From assembly GCA_002269645.1 (NCBI GenBank), contig NIVC01003406.1, forward strand, positions 1 to 64,000: 64,000 nt of DNA, given 5' to 3'. Position 1 is the first letter of the stretch. Each line of letters begins with the position of its first letter. A model generated the notes under the pieces. That model made no database searches, was not told the origin of the DNA, and worked only from the letters and a program-made list of their open reading frames with translations. Made by a program: the position numbers and the translations under genes. Origin of the DNA: Macrostomum lignano. Its lineage: Eukaryota. Of this stretch, positions 35,511 through 48,791 are shown one piece after another.

Positions 35511-36989
35511 CTGAATTTTTGGGGGGAGGGGGTTAGGTTGTTTAGCGATTGTCAGATCGTCAAGTAGTACGGCTCAAGTAGATCATTTAATTTGATAATG
35601 GAATAGTACACAAAAATAAGAGCTCCTGCTGCGGACCAGAATATACTCAAGCCAATGAAGATATGTACTAAGAGTTTCTGCTTAAAAGGATAAGCACTAT
35701 TTGCTGATTGAATAAGGGTTTTAGGCTGATAAAGGAAACATTTTAGGCTGGTGAAAGTTTTGATTTATGGCAATTTTTTTGCCAGTAAGCGAAAAAGTAA
35801 CTTTTGATTAATGGAAATTGAAATTAATGGTTATTCTTGGGTCAAAATAAAAACCACTTGGTGTCAATTTTAAGGCCCCCCAGCGGGGGGCTAAATGGCT
35901 AGTCCAATATACTAAAAATCAAAACTATGTACCTATAGGAACCTTCGCTTAACTTGACTCTACATGTTCGGAATTTCGTGGGGTTTTCTGCATTCGATGC
36001 GTATTGATGGTGCGCTGGTACACAAAATTTTGCTATGAAATTGCTTCCTTTTTCGGGCTTAAATATTCGAAAAACTCGATTTTCTCCCTGTTTTTTTAAA
36101 GTTCAAACAGTTCTTTCCGATTGAGAAGCAGTCTGACTGCCGATGGAATTGTATTGCATCATAACTCAGTGCCAACTATAGCATTGGTTCTCTACACTCG
36201 CGTGGAGAGCTACAAGCGTTGAAAGGTTGCGCAACACCTTTTAGATATTGAAATTGAGGGGCGGGTGTCACTATTCAATTATTCATGGGCTGGCTTGGTT
36301 GTTAATTTCAATGCATCAACTTGCAGGCCTCTCACTGTAGCTAGCGCTGAATGTACACCTTATGAATTTGAATGCTTTAAAGCAGGAATGTTCAATCGTT
36401 GTTTGTGCTTCGAGTTTTTTACTTTCAGAAGAGAGCCTTGTGCCCTTGTATTGCTAGAAAGAGCTTGAAACGCTGAGTTCGGGAATATAATTTCTTTGCT
36501 TAGATTCGAAAAATTGAAAGCACAGCATTAAAAAGAAGATTCCTATGAATTTTACTTTATATACTCATTGTACACTCTCCAATATCGCAAACCCCTACTT
36601 TATCGCAACTCCACAATTCAAGCCAGCGCCATTGAATTTAGATTTAGATTGCGTAACCATATTGGTGACTTTATTTGAAACTGATACAGACTGGCTGAGA
36701 AATTATGTCATAACTGCTTCGTATGATTTACTCTGTGCGTGGAGTTTTGAAAGTGTTGAATTATGTACTCGTAAGTGCTACAATTTATGTTATCAAAACA
36801 ATGAGAGATAGCCTAGAGGCAAACAGACTGACCTGCTAATGCAGCGACGTGGGTTCGAATTTTTAAATTGTAGAAGTTTTTTATTAAAAAAATTAATTTT
36901 AAACTTTTTAGCTAAAGAAAACTAAAAAACGTCAGGTAAATCAGGTAGAAGAGAAGCTACGAGTATTCATGTAGTATATTCAATTTTTT

Positions 36990-39900
36990 TTATTAAACTG
37001 AGATGCCAAGGCTAAGAGGGAATTTCTGAGATATCAAGACGTGAGGGGAATTGCTGAGATTTCAAGACTTACTGGGGGAATTACTGAGATATAAAGGCTT
37101 ACTGAGATAATTACTGAGATGCCAAGGCTTAAGAGTGAATTGCTGAGATGTCAAGGCTTGAAGAGAATTTCTGAGGTGTCAAGGCTTGGTGGGAATTGCT
37201 GAGATGTTAAGTCTTGGGGAAGAATTCTATGGATTGGGGAATCTTTGAACGAGAGATGCTTCTAATGGATATCTCGAGGAGATTAGGGGATTCTTTGGCC
37301 AAAAATTCTATTCATGGGCGGATTATTTGGATGGGAGATTCTTTGGATTCCTTGAATGGGGAATTCTGTTGATGGGGATTATTTGGACGTGGATTTTTTA
37401 ACGGGTTTTTTAGATGAGGGTATTCTTTGGCCAATTATTCTTTTGATGGGAGAATCAATGGATAATGTGGATGGAGATTCTGTGGATGGGGATTATTTGG
37501 ACGTGGATTTTTTGAACGGGTTTTTTTAGATGAGGGTAATCTTTGGCCAATTATTCTTTTGATGGGAGAATCAAAGGATAATGTGGATGGGGATTATTTG
37601 GACGTGGATTATTTGCATGGAGATTATTTGGAGGGGGATTCTTTAGATAGGAATGGATGGGGATTGATAGGAGGATTCTTTGGATAGGGATAAATAGGGG
37701 CATTTTTTCGATAGGGATGGATGGGGGATTCTTTGGATATGGATGGGTGGGGGGATTCTTTCGATAGGGATTCTGTGAATGAGGGATTCTTTAAATAGGG
37801 ATTCTTTTGAAGGGGATTGTTTGCATGTGAGATGTTATGGATGGGCAATGCATTGGATGGGAAGTTCTTCAGATAGGAGAATTCCTTGAATGGGGAATTC
37901 TTTGGATCCGGGATTCTATTGATAGCTGGGTTCTTTGGATGGGGGATTTTTTTATATGGATGGAGGTCGGGGATTTTTTGGATAGGGATGGATAGGGGGA
38001 TTCTTCGGATCGGGGATTCTATCGATGGGGTTCTTTGGATGGGGATTCTCTGCATGTAAGATTCTATGGATGGGCAATTCTTCAGATAGGAGAATTCCTT
38101 GAATGGGGAATTCTTTGGATGGGGGATTCTTTAGATGGGGGATTCTTTGGATGGGGGATTCTTTAGATGGGGGATTCTTTGGATGGGGGATTCTTTGGAT
38201 GGGGGATTCTTTGGATGGGGGATTCTTTAGATGGGGATTCTTCGGATCGGTGATTCTATCGATGGGAGGTTTTTTGGATGGCGGATTCTTTGCATGTGAG
38301 ATTCTTTGTATCGTGGATTCTATGGGTGGTGTATTCTTTGGATGAGGGATTCTTTGGATGGGAGATTCAGTTGGGTGAAATTTTATTGCGTGGGAAAACT
38401 GTGGCTGGAGTTTGGACGGAAAGCCCCAACGGGAGTTGGAATTGGCTAGCTGAGGAAATGGCTTCACTAATCTTGCAGGAGGTAATTTCTATCAGGGGAT
38501 GCTTGCTATCGGAAGGACGCTCGCTCTTTGGGGATGCTTGCTCGGAAGAGAATTTTAAGATGTCAAGATTTACAGGGGGAATTATTGAGATACATGTATA
38601 AAATCTTACCTTGGGGAATTAATGACATGTGAAGGCTTAAGAGGGACTTGCTGAGGTGTCAAGTCTTGTTGGGGAATTGCTGAGATGCCAAGGCTTAAGA
38701 GGGAGTTCCTGAGATTTCAAGACTTGGGAAGGAGAATTACTCAGATGTCAAGGCTTAGGGGAATTTCTGAGATGTCAAGGCTTGTGGGGGGAATCGCTGA
38801 GTTGTGAAAGCTTAAGAGGGAATCGCTGAGATGTCAAGGCTTGTGGGGGAATTGCTGAGGTTTGAAGGCTTAAAAAGGAATTGCTGAGGTCTTAAGTCTC
38901 GGGGAGGGGAATCGCTAAGATGCCAAGGCTTTGGACGGGGAGAAATTGCTAAGATGTCAAGACTTACTGGAGGAATTACTGAGATATGAAGGCTTACTAG
39001 GAGAATTACTGAGATATCAAGGCTTGGGGAGGGGAATTACTGAGATGTCAAGGCTTTTGGCGGGGAGAAATTGGTAACATGTCAAGGCTTGCTCCGGAAT
39101 TGCTTAGATGTCAATGCTTGGGGAAAATTTCTGAGGTGTCGAGGCTTGGGGAAATTGCTGAGATGTTAAGTCTTGGGGGAATTCTATGGATTGATGATTC
39201 TTTGGATGAGGGATGCTTCTAATGGATAAATTTGGATAGGTGATTCATTGGGCAATTTCTTCGGTGGGGCATTGTTTTGGTGGAGGGCTTTTTGAATGGG
39301 GGATTCTTTAGATGAATGATTCTTTAGATGGGGGTTATTTGAACGGGGGTTCTTTAGATGAGGGGATTCTGGGATTCTTTGGCCAATTATTCTTTTGATG
39401 GGGGATTATTTCAGGATGTGAATTCTTTGGAGGGTGATTTTTTGGAGGAGGAATTTTTTGGATATGGATGGTTAAGGTGATTATTTAGATAGAAATGGAT
39501 GGGGAAATTCTTTGGATAGGGATGAATAGGAGGATTCTTGGGATAGGGACCGATGGGGTATTCTTTAGATAGGGATGGATGGGCGATTCTTTGGATAGGG
39601 ATGGGTGGGGGGATTCTTTGGATAGAGGGTTTCTGTGGATGGGGGATTTCTTGAATAAGGGATTCATTGGACGAGGAATTCTTCAGATGGGAGGATTCCT
39701 TGAATTGGGAATTCTTCGGATCGGGGATTCTATCAATGGGATGGATGGGGATGGGACGGGAAGGATTGGTATTCTTTGCATGTGAGATTCTATGGATGGG
39801 CGATTCATTAAATAGGGAATTCTACAGATAGAGGATTCCTTGAATGGGGAATTCTTCGGATCGGGGATTCTGTCGATGGGGGGTTCCTTGTATGGGGATT

Positions 39901-40065
39901 CTTTGGATGAGGGTTTTTTGCATGTGAGATTATTTGCATCAGGGATTTTATGGATGAGAGATTCTTTGGATGGGGGGTTCAGTTGGGTAAATTTCTTTTG
40001 CGTGAGAAAACTTTGGTAGGAGTTCTGACGGAAAGCCCCAACGGGGGTTGGAATTGGCTAGTATG
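36990..40065. repeat. Composite array: two diverged ~1.5-kb tandem blocks (GAGATGTCAAGG repeats, then GGATTCTTTGGAT repeats, then a unique tail)
   Basis: The shared non-repetitive tail ...CAGTTGGGT.AAATTT..TTGCGTG.GAAAACT.TGG...GGAAAGCCCCAACGGG.GTTGGAATTGGCTAG occurs at ~38365-38450 and ~39978-40062. Confidence 0.85.
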
Positions 40066-42220
40066 GAAACTAAGCGAGTCGGAGAAAAGAATGCGACTGC
40101 GCAACAAATTAAGTCAGCAGGGTGCACAGTGCGTACGGTACGGGGAAAGGACAACTTGTTACAAACCGCCCACTTCAGTAATATAGCAATCATCGGCAAC
40201 CGCCACACCAATATAATTATTTTTCCAATTTTTTTTCTCCGCCCCCACCTCAGGGGTTTGCCACGCGCTGGCACCTGCTGCTAACACAGCAAATAAGCCT
40301 ACCCTACCATCGAGTATAACAAGCGGGCACTCCCCATGCTACTGTTTGAGGCCGTGTCCGGGGATTCGGACTCGGGGACTCGGTCTATTTTCACAACTAG
40401 GTCCAGCCAGAGGCTGAGGCGCGAAACCGGCCCTGCGGCTGCGGGCTGCGAGGCTGTTCGCCTGTTCTTGTTAGGGCTGGGTTTTTTTCCGCCAGAGACA
40501 AGGTACAAAATCGCACCTTGTGCTAAATTTCAAGGTGCGATTTTAAGGCTCAGAGTGCAATTTCTCTTGAGTCTTGTTTCAGACAACTGGGAATGTATAT
40601 TTTAATATCTTACATAAGGCTATAGCCATAGGCTATATCGCCTATATGACTTAATAGGATTTAAAGAGTTATTTTGTTTCATATTTTAAGGCAGTGCATG
40701 AAAAAATAGCTTAAGCATGGTTAAGCCTTAAAATAAAAATGGTTATAAGACCGCACCTAAACCGCACCTACTTTTTTAATTTCAGGGTGCGATTTTAAAA
40801 TTTAGGGTGCATACGCACACTCTGCGCACAAAAAAACCCTGTGTTCGATTTGTTGCGCTGATTACTAACAGTAGGGTAGAGCTGCCACCACCGTAATTCT
40901 CGTATTACGGAATGAATATATCTCAGCTTTCTTTGAGATGAGAACTTAGGTTATTTTACTCCCCACGGGCAAATGCCTCAAGATAGACTACCGGGGCTTC
41001 GATTGATTAAAGAAAAAATAAATACGAGCATATTAGTTGTGGTTATTATAATTAATTAATATTAATTATTATTTTAACGGCAAAATTATCAGAGTTATTA
41101 AGCAAGTATTAATTAATCAACGACGGGCCGCAACTACTAGAGCCTAAAGATCCGGCGTGCCGGGGTGCTGAATAAATAACTAAATAAAGTAATTATAGGT
41201 GTCGCAAACTATTGAGCTGTACCGAGGATTAAGTAAGATAGAACTAATAAGGAAAATAAAAGAGTCAACGAAATAACACTAAAAGTCCTACGGAGTCCAA
41301 AAGTATGTCAAATAAGGGGTCAAGACGAGTTAAAGTCGCACATCGCTTCAGAGTTAATTGCAAAAGGGGCGGTACATCATCGATTGGGACACGCATTGGT
41401 GCCGACATTGGGGCAAAGCCGGGAGCCACGGATGGCGCGCAGAATGAGCAAAATAAAATTGAACTTATTAACGTGCAAAAATTAAAGACGCATGGGAGGG
41501 GCAACAAAGGGGCCACAACAGGGAAGGAAACAAACCACAAAAGGGCGCAACAAGGGAACCAACAGAGGGGACAAACACGGGAGATGGCAGAACGCGTCAT
41601 AGGGGCACCTCATGGTGGGCGAACAGGACCAAAACCGCGGGCGAAAATAGAAAAAACTGTGGTAGCCCCAACTACCACACCCCGATTACAAGAATCAGAA
41701 TCGGTTCAGATCTTCCAAGAAAAAACTAGCAGTATAACAATTTAACTTTGGTGAATATTTGACTGCCTTAACAGCAGCTCACTTTGCACAATGTTTCACT
41801 TTCTTCTCGGCTATTCCCATTCAATAATTACAACTTTATAGCACCTATAATCCCCGAGTTTAGGAGACAACAGTTTACAATACTTTACAAATTGGATCCA
41901 GTTCAGCCTATTGCTTGTCGAGCAAGTTCGTCATGCAGTGCCTATAGGTCTCGCGGCTTTTTAAATAAAGACGGTCTCTGCCAACCGCCACGAACACTCC
42001 AGCTTGAGAGACCTGGTTCTCCCTGACGTCTGGTCGTTTGCAGACCCGAGACGCCGAGAGATTATATGATACCACGGTTCGCCCGGACGTAACGAGCCGA
42101 GTACTTCCCCCACCGCTGGTCAGGACTCAGAGGACCACCTGCAGGGGTTCCCCTTGTCGGACGATGCCCCCTGCAGCTAAGCCAGCCAAAGTCAAAATTT
42201 GCCTCATGGGCACCCGGCCT

Positions 42221-42379
42221 TGTCCGGATTTAGCTCTTAGGGATTCTAATCCTTATAAGAAATTAGCAAAGAATAAGTTTGCATAAAGGTCAAGGTGAAA
42301 GAATATTAAGCGAGGTGAAAGTTAAGTTAGAAAGACAGAAGCAGAGGCCAAAAGATAAGGTGCCTAAGGGCCGGGGACA
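42221..42379. mobile_element. Possible short LTR remnant
   Basis: TGTCC...GGACA termini and a purine-rich body resembling the LTR at 28398. No matching TSD and no partner LTR found. Confidence 0.3.
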
Positions 42380-45300
42380 ATTAAAGGACAGCAGCAGAGA
42401 TTATGTATGATAAGAATCTATAACAGCCCCTGCACCTTCCATTCCAAGATATCAGTTCAAGCGAGATGATGTTTTGCGTCAGCCGAGGTACATGTACATG
42501 CATGTACCATGCAGTGCCACGCAAACCAATACGGCAAGATACAATTAGATACCCGGACTGGCGGGCGAGGCACAGCAACGGTTGGCAGGTAAATTCAGCA
42601 CCGACGCACGTGAGATTCGGCCAGGGAGCAAAGTCGCGGCTCATCTCGAAACCGATAACTGAAGGATAGACTGGTGTCCGGACGTGCGAATCGATCGGAA
42701 GATGATGGACTCTAGACTGACTTCCACTAACCGCCTGACTCAACCTTGCCAAATAACTGATAGCAAATATTCTTCCTCGCCCCTTAGCAACGCGCCAGTT
42801 TATTGTAGAAAAATGTTGCTGCGTTTGTTTTTTGAACCCTGCCGTCGCTAGCCAGCGGTGGGAAGTGACGTATCTAACATCTATAGCTATCAAATACACA
42901 GGACCTCGGGGCCCCGAGCGAGCACGCTCACACTTCAACTCTCGCTTATACTTTGGACTCCGTTCTGAAGTCCCACAAAACCTCTGGAGTCATTGATCAT
43001 TTGTGCTGAAGGCACAAGAGTTAACTAAAAGTGATCTCTATTTGTAATTAGCCCTATATGAGGCTCGGGAAAGCAAATAACGACTAATCCCCAAGACAAA
43101 AGAAAGAGAGAGAGAGAGAAGCCGGAGGCCAAAGGAGGGTCTTACAAGCTCTTTCCCACCGGCCTCTCTCAGGACGTCGGCTGTGCTGACAGGTTGCTAC
43201 AGTTCATGTACGTATGCTGAAACTCCAATGGCGTCTCCAGCAGCAGCTTCAGATTGTCTAGCAGCAGCAGGCGCGTTAGCGATGGCGTGCGATGCTTATG
43301 ATTTGAATGGTATGGGTTAGGACGGACTGATGTGAAGGCACATGAGCTCCTTCCCGTTGCACTGCAATCGATCACTACTGCTAGTAGGAATGAAATCTTT
43401 TCCATTTTTCTCTTATCTTCCACATTCTTAACTTCCCCTCAGCACTTTTAGCTTCTCTCTTTAGTACTCTTTTGTCTCCCTTATAAATTTCCCCCTCTCT
43501 CTCGCTCATGTTTTTTTCTTCTTTTCCATTGGGCTTCTATACCAGCTCACTTTTCGGGTCATAAATCACCAGATGTCAAGGTTGGGCGGGCGGCTTGCGG
43601 GTCTACTGGCTGATGGTCTGGGTGAATCACGTGACTTTTTAGAAATTTTTTGATCGACAAGCCGTCAATCACATGATGAGACCCAGCCTATTGTGCAGAT
43701 TATCCAAGCGTGGTGACATTCTGACATCTGTGACCTTTTGCCCCTATGAAAGGATTATTTGTTTTAATCCTAGTCATCTTGTAGATTATCCCGTTGCACT
43801 CTCTTCTTCATCACTGATTTAGTGTACATTTTCATGTTGATTTTGGACTCATAAATGATTTTCTATCGAAATAGGATGATTTATGGTCGCACAGCTGTCA
43901 CTTTTTTGGGGTTTCCCAGAGCCTGATAAGATTTCTCGTTTTTATGGCTTGAACAAGCTCAGCTGAGATCAGAAAATTTGAGGTACGTTTTAACAAATCG
44001 GCTCAACCAAACAGAATTGACGTGTTCCACTATAACAAATCACGGGAAAGTTAGTTTCCATTTAAACCGCACATTTTTCAGGTTTGGCGTCTTTTCGACC
44101 CTTTTGCTACTACTGACGGGGGCGGCAGGCGCCGAGATTAGCTGGCCGCAAGGCCCCTATCGCAACCCAAGGTAAAAGATATTAAGGTTTAAACCTGGGG
44201 TGCGCCCAGCCGGCAGGTTCGCAGGGGTGGCTTCGACGACCCTCATCCGGCTGGTATCTCAGACAAAGGCGCGATGGTCATGCACGGATGTTGTCCCGGG
44301 TGGTCAGCTCGTCCATCCGCTGAGGGTGGCTCTCTTGGTTCTCACTTCCGCTCCCGCCGCACTCAACCGTCTTTCTGTGTGAAGAAGACTAGCCTAGAGA
44401 TTCCGCTCCCCCTTCCTTAACTGGATTGCGACATCTTGATCCCCGGCCGAGCGACATCAATACAGAAGACACCATCTTCGGGCTCAACTGCTAGGACTTC
44501 ATCGAAAGTCGGCTGTTCCTGAGCTACGACTATACGAGCACTACCTATCTGGCCCCGTTTTCAGTAGCCGAAAAGCTGAAGTTTTTGGGACAGAAATCCA
44601 GCGATGAATACTAAGCAGCTTGTTCGCCCTAAATCAATTCAAGATAATGCACTCGCGAGCTTAGTGAGAAGGCAAATATGATTGAATACTTTGTTTTGTT
44701 TTCCTTTTTAGATAAGCAATGCGAACTGAGATGAGCAGATGAAGGTGAGGGTTGAAGTTGACCGAAAGGCCAAACAGTACTCAGTTGATTGATCAATAAA
44801 TAATTTTGAAACAGAATTCAAGCCAGTCATGTACTTTAGTGCTGACTCAGCAGCATCAAAGTGGCTTTTAACTGTAAGAATTCACCAGCTAGGGTCTGAG
44901 AGGGCCGTGACTGCTCTGCATCACCGCTATTGGAAAGTTTGCAGTCACATTTATGGCCAGAAGCTTGCATACAGGAATTTGATATTGCAATAGTACATTC
45001 TCTGACCTTGAAGTGCCGCCTCGCGAAGATCCTCTGCAGGTTAGAAGTCCTCTCTGTCCCTGCGTGGTCAGTGCGATCAAGCGGATGTGCCTCCAAGATT
45101 GACAGCTAAAATACACTGATTGACAGGTTGGTTCAGAGCCCTTTTGTATAGTCAGGAACACGATTTTGCGAGAGCTGGTTTGGTGAGCCACTTTGCACGG
45201 GTTTAGTGGCGGCGAATTGGCCCAAGCTAATAGTCTTGGCTCTGAGGCGGCTTTCCTGTAGTGTGAAATTGAATAATAGCGTTCGCCGCGCGGGAAGCAG

Positions 45301-45429
45301 GATGCCAGCAAGGACCACTAGGAACACTTCGTTATATACAGTCTAGTAGTCCTTGGATGCCAGTTCCGTAACTTGCAGTGGCGATCGGAGAGAAATGGCC
45401 CACTAGACCAATATACTTTTCAATGGAGG

Positions 45430-45479
45430 GTTCATCGGAAGTCAGAGTTTAAGGCCTTAAACTCTGACTTCCGATGAAC
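45430..45479. other. Perfect 50-bp palindrome
   Basis: GTTCATCGGAAGTCAGAGTTTAAGG|CCTTAAACTCTGACTTCCGATGAAC, with no spacer and no mismatch. Confidence 0.97.
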
Positions 45480-45539
45480 ATCATAGCTTAAAATTTCAAC
45501 ACACTGTTTCTTTTTTCTTACGTAATCTACGCGGGTGGG

Positions 45540-45962
45540 TTTCACAACCGCGAAATTTCACAACCGCTAAAAGCACTTGCTTTCATAAACGCGAAACTTC
45601 ACAAACGCGAAACTTCACAAACGCGAAACTTCACAACCGCTAATTTTTTTGCAGTCACTTTTATAAACGCGAAACTTCACAACCGCTAATTTTTTTTCCA
45701 GTCACTTTCACAAACGCGAAACTTCACAACCGCGGAACTTCACAACCGCGAAACTTTACAACCGCTAAAATTTTTGCACTTACTTTCATAAACAACAGTC
45801 TTTTTAGCGGTTGTGAAGTTTCGCGTTTGTGAAGTTTCGCGTTTGTGAAACTTAGCGCTTATGAAAGTAAGTGATTTAGTGGTTGTGAATTTTCGCGGTT
45901 ATAAAGTTTCGCGGTTGTGAAAGTAGGTGATTTAGCGGTTGTGAAATTTCGCGTTTGTGAAA
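45540..45962. mobile_element. Foldback-type MITE built from TTCACAA(C/A)CGCGAAA modules
   Basis: 32-bp terminal inverted repeat with 1 mismatch; direct modules in the left half are mirrored as inverted modules in the right half. Confidence 0.75.
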
Positions 45963-46670
45963 GCAAAGCACTTTATTGTACACTGTCGTGAATTCTTATC
46001 AGTCGAAGCTGCTAAGGGGGTTTGAGAGAAGGTTACCTCCACCTCGCCTATGTCTCACCTTTAAGTCGCGCACCTAAAGTTACCCACCCCTTACTCTGCA
46101 CCCACCCCTAAACTAATATATATTCGCGTGTCTAGAGGTGGAATCTCAGATAGAGAAAAGCGGACGGCTGCAAAGATGGAGGCACCGCTCATTGATTGGA
46201 AGCATTTGCCCTGCACAGCATGAACGATATTATGAGCATTACTGGACAGCTGAGCGAGTGAACGACTAGGAGGTACCTAGCCAAGCGTCGCGACCGGTCG
46301 CTTCAAAAGACGAGTGAGTCTGTTCAGGTTGGCATTGAATCGTCATGATCTAGAGCAAGAAGCTGGGTCACCCGAACATGCTGATGCTGTTGAGATCGTC
46401 GGTGAGACTGCAGTATCGACGGAGGTTAGTGTCTGCTCTAAAGCTGCCTACTCTGTTGGTACGAAGTTTGCCTTCAACAATTACACCTTTCACGGATGTT
46501 CCTTTAATTAGGCATTTCTGTAGGCTTTACTTCTACAGAAATCAGCAAATTGTAGTCGTAGAATTACTGAAAGAATAAGAACGCAGTCTAGTTTATTATT
46601 TTTTATTTAATGACTTTTATTACTTTGCTCGACCAGTATGTGTTTATCAACTACAAAAATTTACATGATA

Positions 46671-47972
46671 CGAGGGCTGAGCAATAACTTTCCGGATGTG
46701 CCCAGACAGAAATAGTTAGAGAGAAAAAACAGTTACATCTTTTCAAAGTACTCTCCAGCAGATTCGATGCAAATTTGCATGCGCTCAAACCACTTGTTGA
46801 AGCAGCTGGACCAATCTGAAGCAGGCACCTCCTCCACATGCCGGATGAAGGCCTCCACTGCAGCTTCTGGTGATCCATAGCGGATTCCACGCATCCTGCG
46901 CTTGATTTGTGGAAACACAAAAAGTCGCAGGGGGCCAGGTCGGGGCTGTAGGGTGGATGACCGAGCTCTTGAATGCGCTCTCCGGCCAGGAACTACGCCA
47001 CCTGTCGAGCCTTGTGGGCCGGGGCGTTGTCGTGATGGAGAAGGATGCCACGAGCTCGAGTCCTTGGGCGACGCCTGGAGAGAGCGCTCAGCACTTCTGG
47101 CAGGCAAACATTGGCATACCAGTCATCGGTGACTGTGCGCTGCTGCACGAGTGGAACTGTGGCCAGATGACCGGTTTTCGCCACAAAAATGGCACCATCT
47201 GCTTCGCCACGCTGCGCTCTCGCCGAAGCTGGGATGGTGGGGTGCCGCCAACTGGAGTCCACTGGGCCTACTGCTGCTTAGTCTCCGGGTCAAAACTATA
47301 GATCCAGGACTCGTCACCACAGACGATATCCCAGACCGAGCTTAAGCTGCCTCCGTTGAATCTATCGAGCATGGTGCGGCACCAGGTCACCCGAGCCTCC
47401 TGCTCCGGACTCAGCTGATGAGGCACCCAGCGTGCAGAAATCTTGCTCAGGTTGAGCTGTGAATGCAGGATCGTCCTGATGGATCCTGATGAAATGCCTA
47501 CCTCTGCCTCTATCTGGGCCACAGTCACTCGGGCATCATCCTCAACCATGGCCCGGACAGCAGCAACATTATCCTCGGTCGTTGCGGAGACAGACCGGCC
47601 GCTGCGCTCCTCATCATCCAGACTCTGCCTGCCGCGTCGAAATTCGGCAAACTAGTCAAAAACGGTGGATCTAGATGGTGCTTCATCCCCAAAAGCTCCT
47701 CGCAATCCCTCAAGACTTTCTTGCTGCCGCAAACCACTTTTAAGATCGTGATAAATCATTGCCCTAAAATGACTCCTATTGAGCTCCATTGTGAATTTGA
47801 TAGATAGGGTGGGTATGCTAGCTTGGTTTGGGTGCTGCACTGGCTATATATGACCAGTGTGTCTGAAACTTTACAAACATTGTACTTATATAATGTGCTT
47901 GACACCTATGGTGTCAGATTTTGTGAGCCGCCTCTCAACTATACACATCCGGAAACTTATTGCTCAGCCTGA
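46671..47972 (-). mobile_element. mariner (Tc1/mariner, DD34D) DNA transposon, ~1.3 kb
   Basis: TIRs CGAGGGCTGAGCAATAACTTTCCGGATGTG and CACATCCGGAAACTTATTGCTCAGCCTGA, flanked by TA. Confidence 0.93.
46733..47789 (-). pseudogene. mariner transposase, inactivated
   Basis: Fragments MELNRSHFRAMIY, WVPHQL, CGDESW, HHDNAPAH and PYSPDLAPCD. In-frame stops at 47654-47652 and 47270-47268, plus frameshifts. Confidence 0.92.
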
Positions 47973-48791
47973 TACTGACACTGTGCTTTTTGTACTGCCG
48001 ATTTTGCAATTCCTGTGCAGTTTAATTATTTAAATCTTAAAATAAACGTTTAAATTGACTGATGCAAGATACGCTTTGCAAGATGCTCGATAAAAACTCG
48101 GCTTCAATTAATTGGTTGCATTGAGATTGGAATTCTAGGCAATGGCCGGTCAATGCCATGAAGAGAAATTTTGGGCAATGTCCGTGAGTGTAGTCAAGTT
48201 TTGAGAAGAATGGAATGTTTAATTAACTGCATAGCTTTCCTTATTGATGGAAAATTAATGAAAATGCGTTTTGCATTTAGCTCGTAATAGCTTGAACTTT
48301 TAACATTCGTTAGTATTCATGCATTTAAAGACAGGCTATTTGCGTTGACGCTCGTGCTAAAATTATTTTGCTGTTTCAGATTATTCGACAATCATTGAGT
48401 AAAATACTATAAGAATTTGTTCCTGTGCAGCATTGAGCCTATAAAACAAGACAACTAAGATCTGCTTCCATTAACAAGGAAGAAACGCACGTGTCAGTAC
48501 AGCAGTCCGACGTTGGAAGCGTCGACCGACGTACCCGACATACAGGACGTCGATGGACTTCGCTGGCAAATGGCTCACATCGTTTGGTCGAGTACTCGTA
48601 AATTCGTTCTCCGTCGAGAGAACAATGGCATTACAAATGTAAAGATTCAATTCTATATTACATATATTCTGAATAAAACAGCGCACGTACATGTACGAGT
48701 TTAGAGCAAATAGATACATGTACATTTCGACACCAGCCAGAAGGTACAGTAGTTTAAGTTTATCATTCTCTCAACAACTGCGCAATACATT

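Noticed and set aside
40475-40842. Possible TIR element (CTGGGTTTTTTT... / ...AAAAAAACCCTG with internal GGTGCGATTTT motifs)
   Set aside because: The termini match imperfectly and no TSD was found, so the boundaries cannot be supported.
47412-47450. Hammerhead-like CTGATGAG-GCAC...GTGC-AGAAA
   Set aside because: It is the antisense of the mariner WVPHQL coding region, the stem II closing pair is G-A, and stems I and III are not evident.
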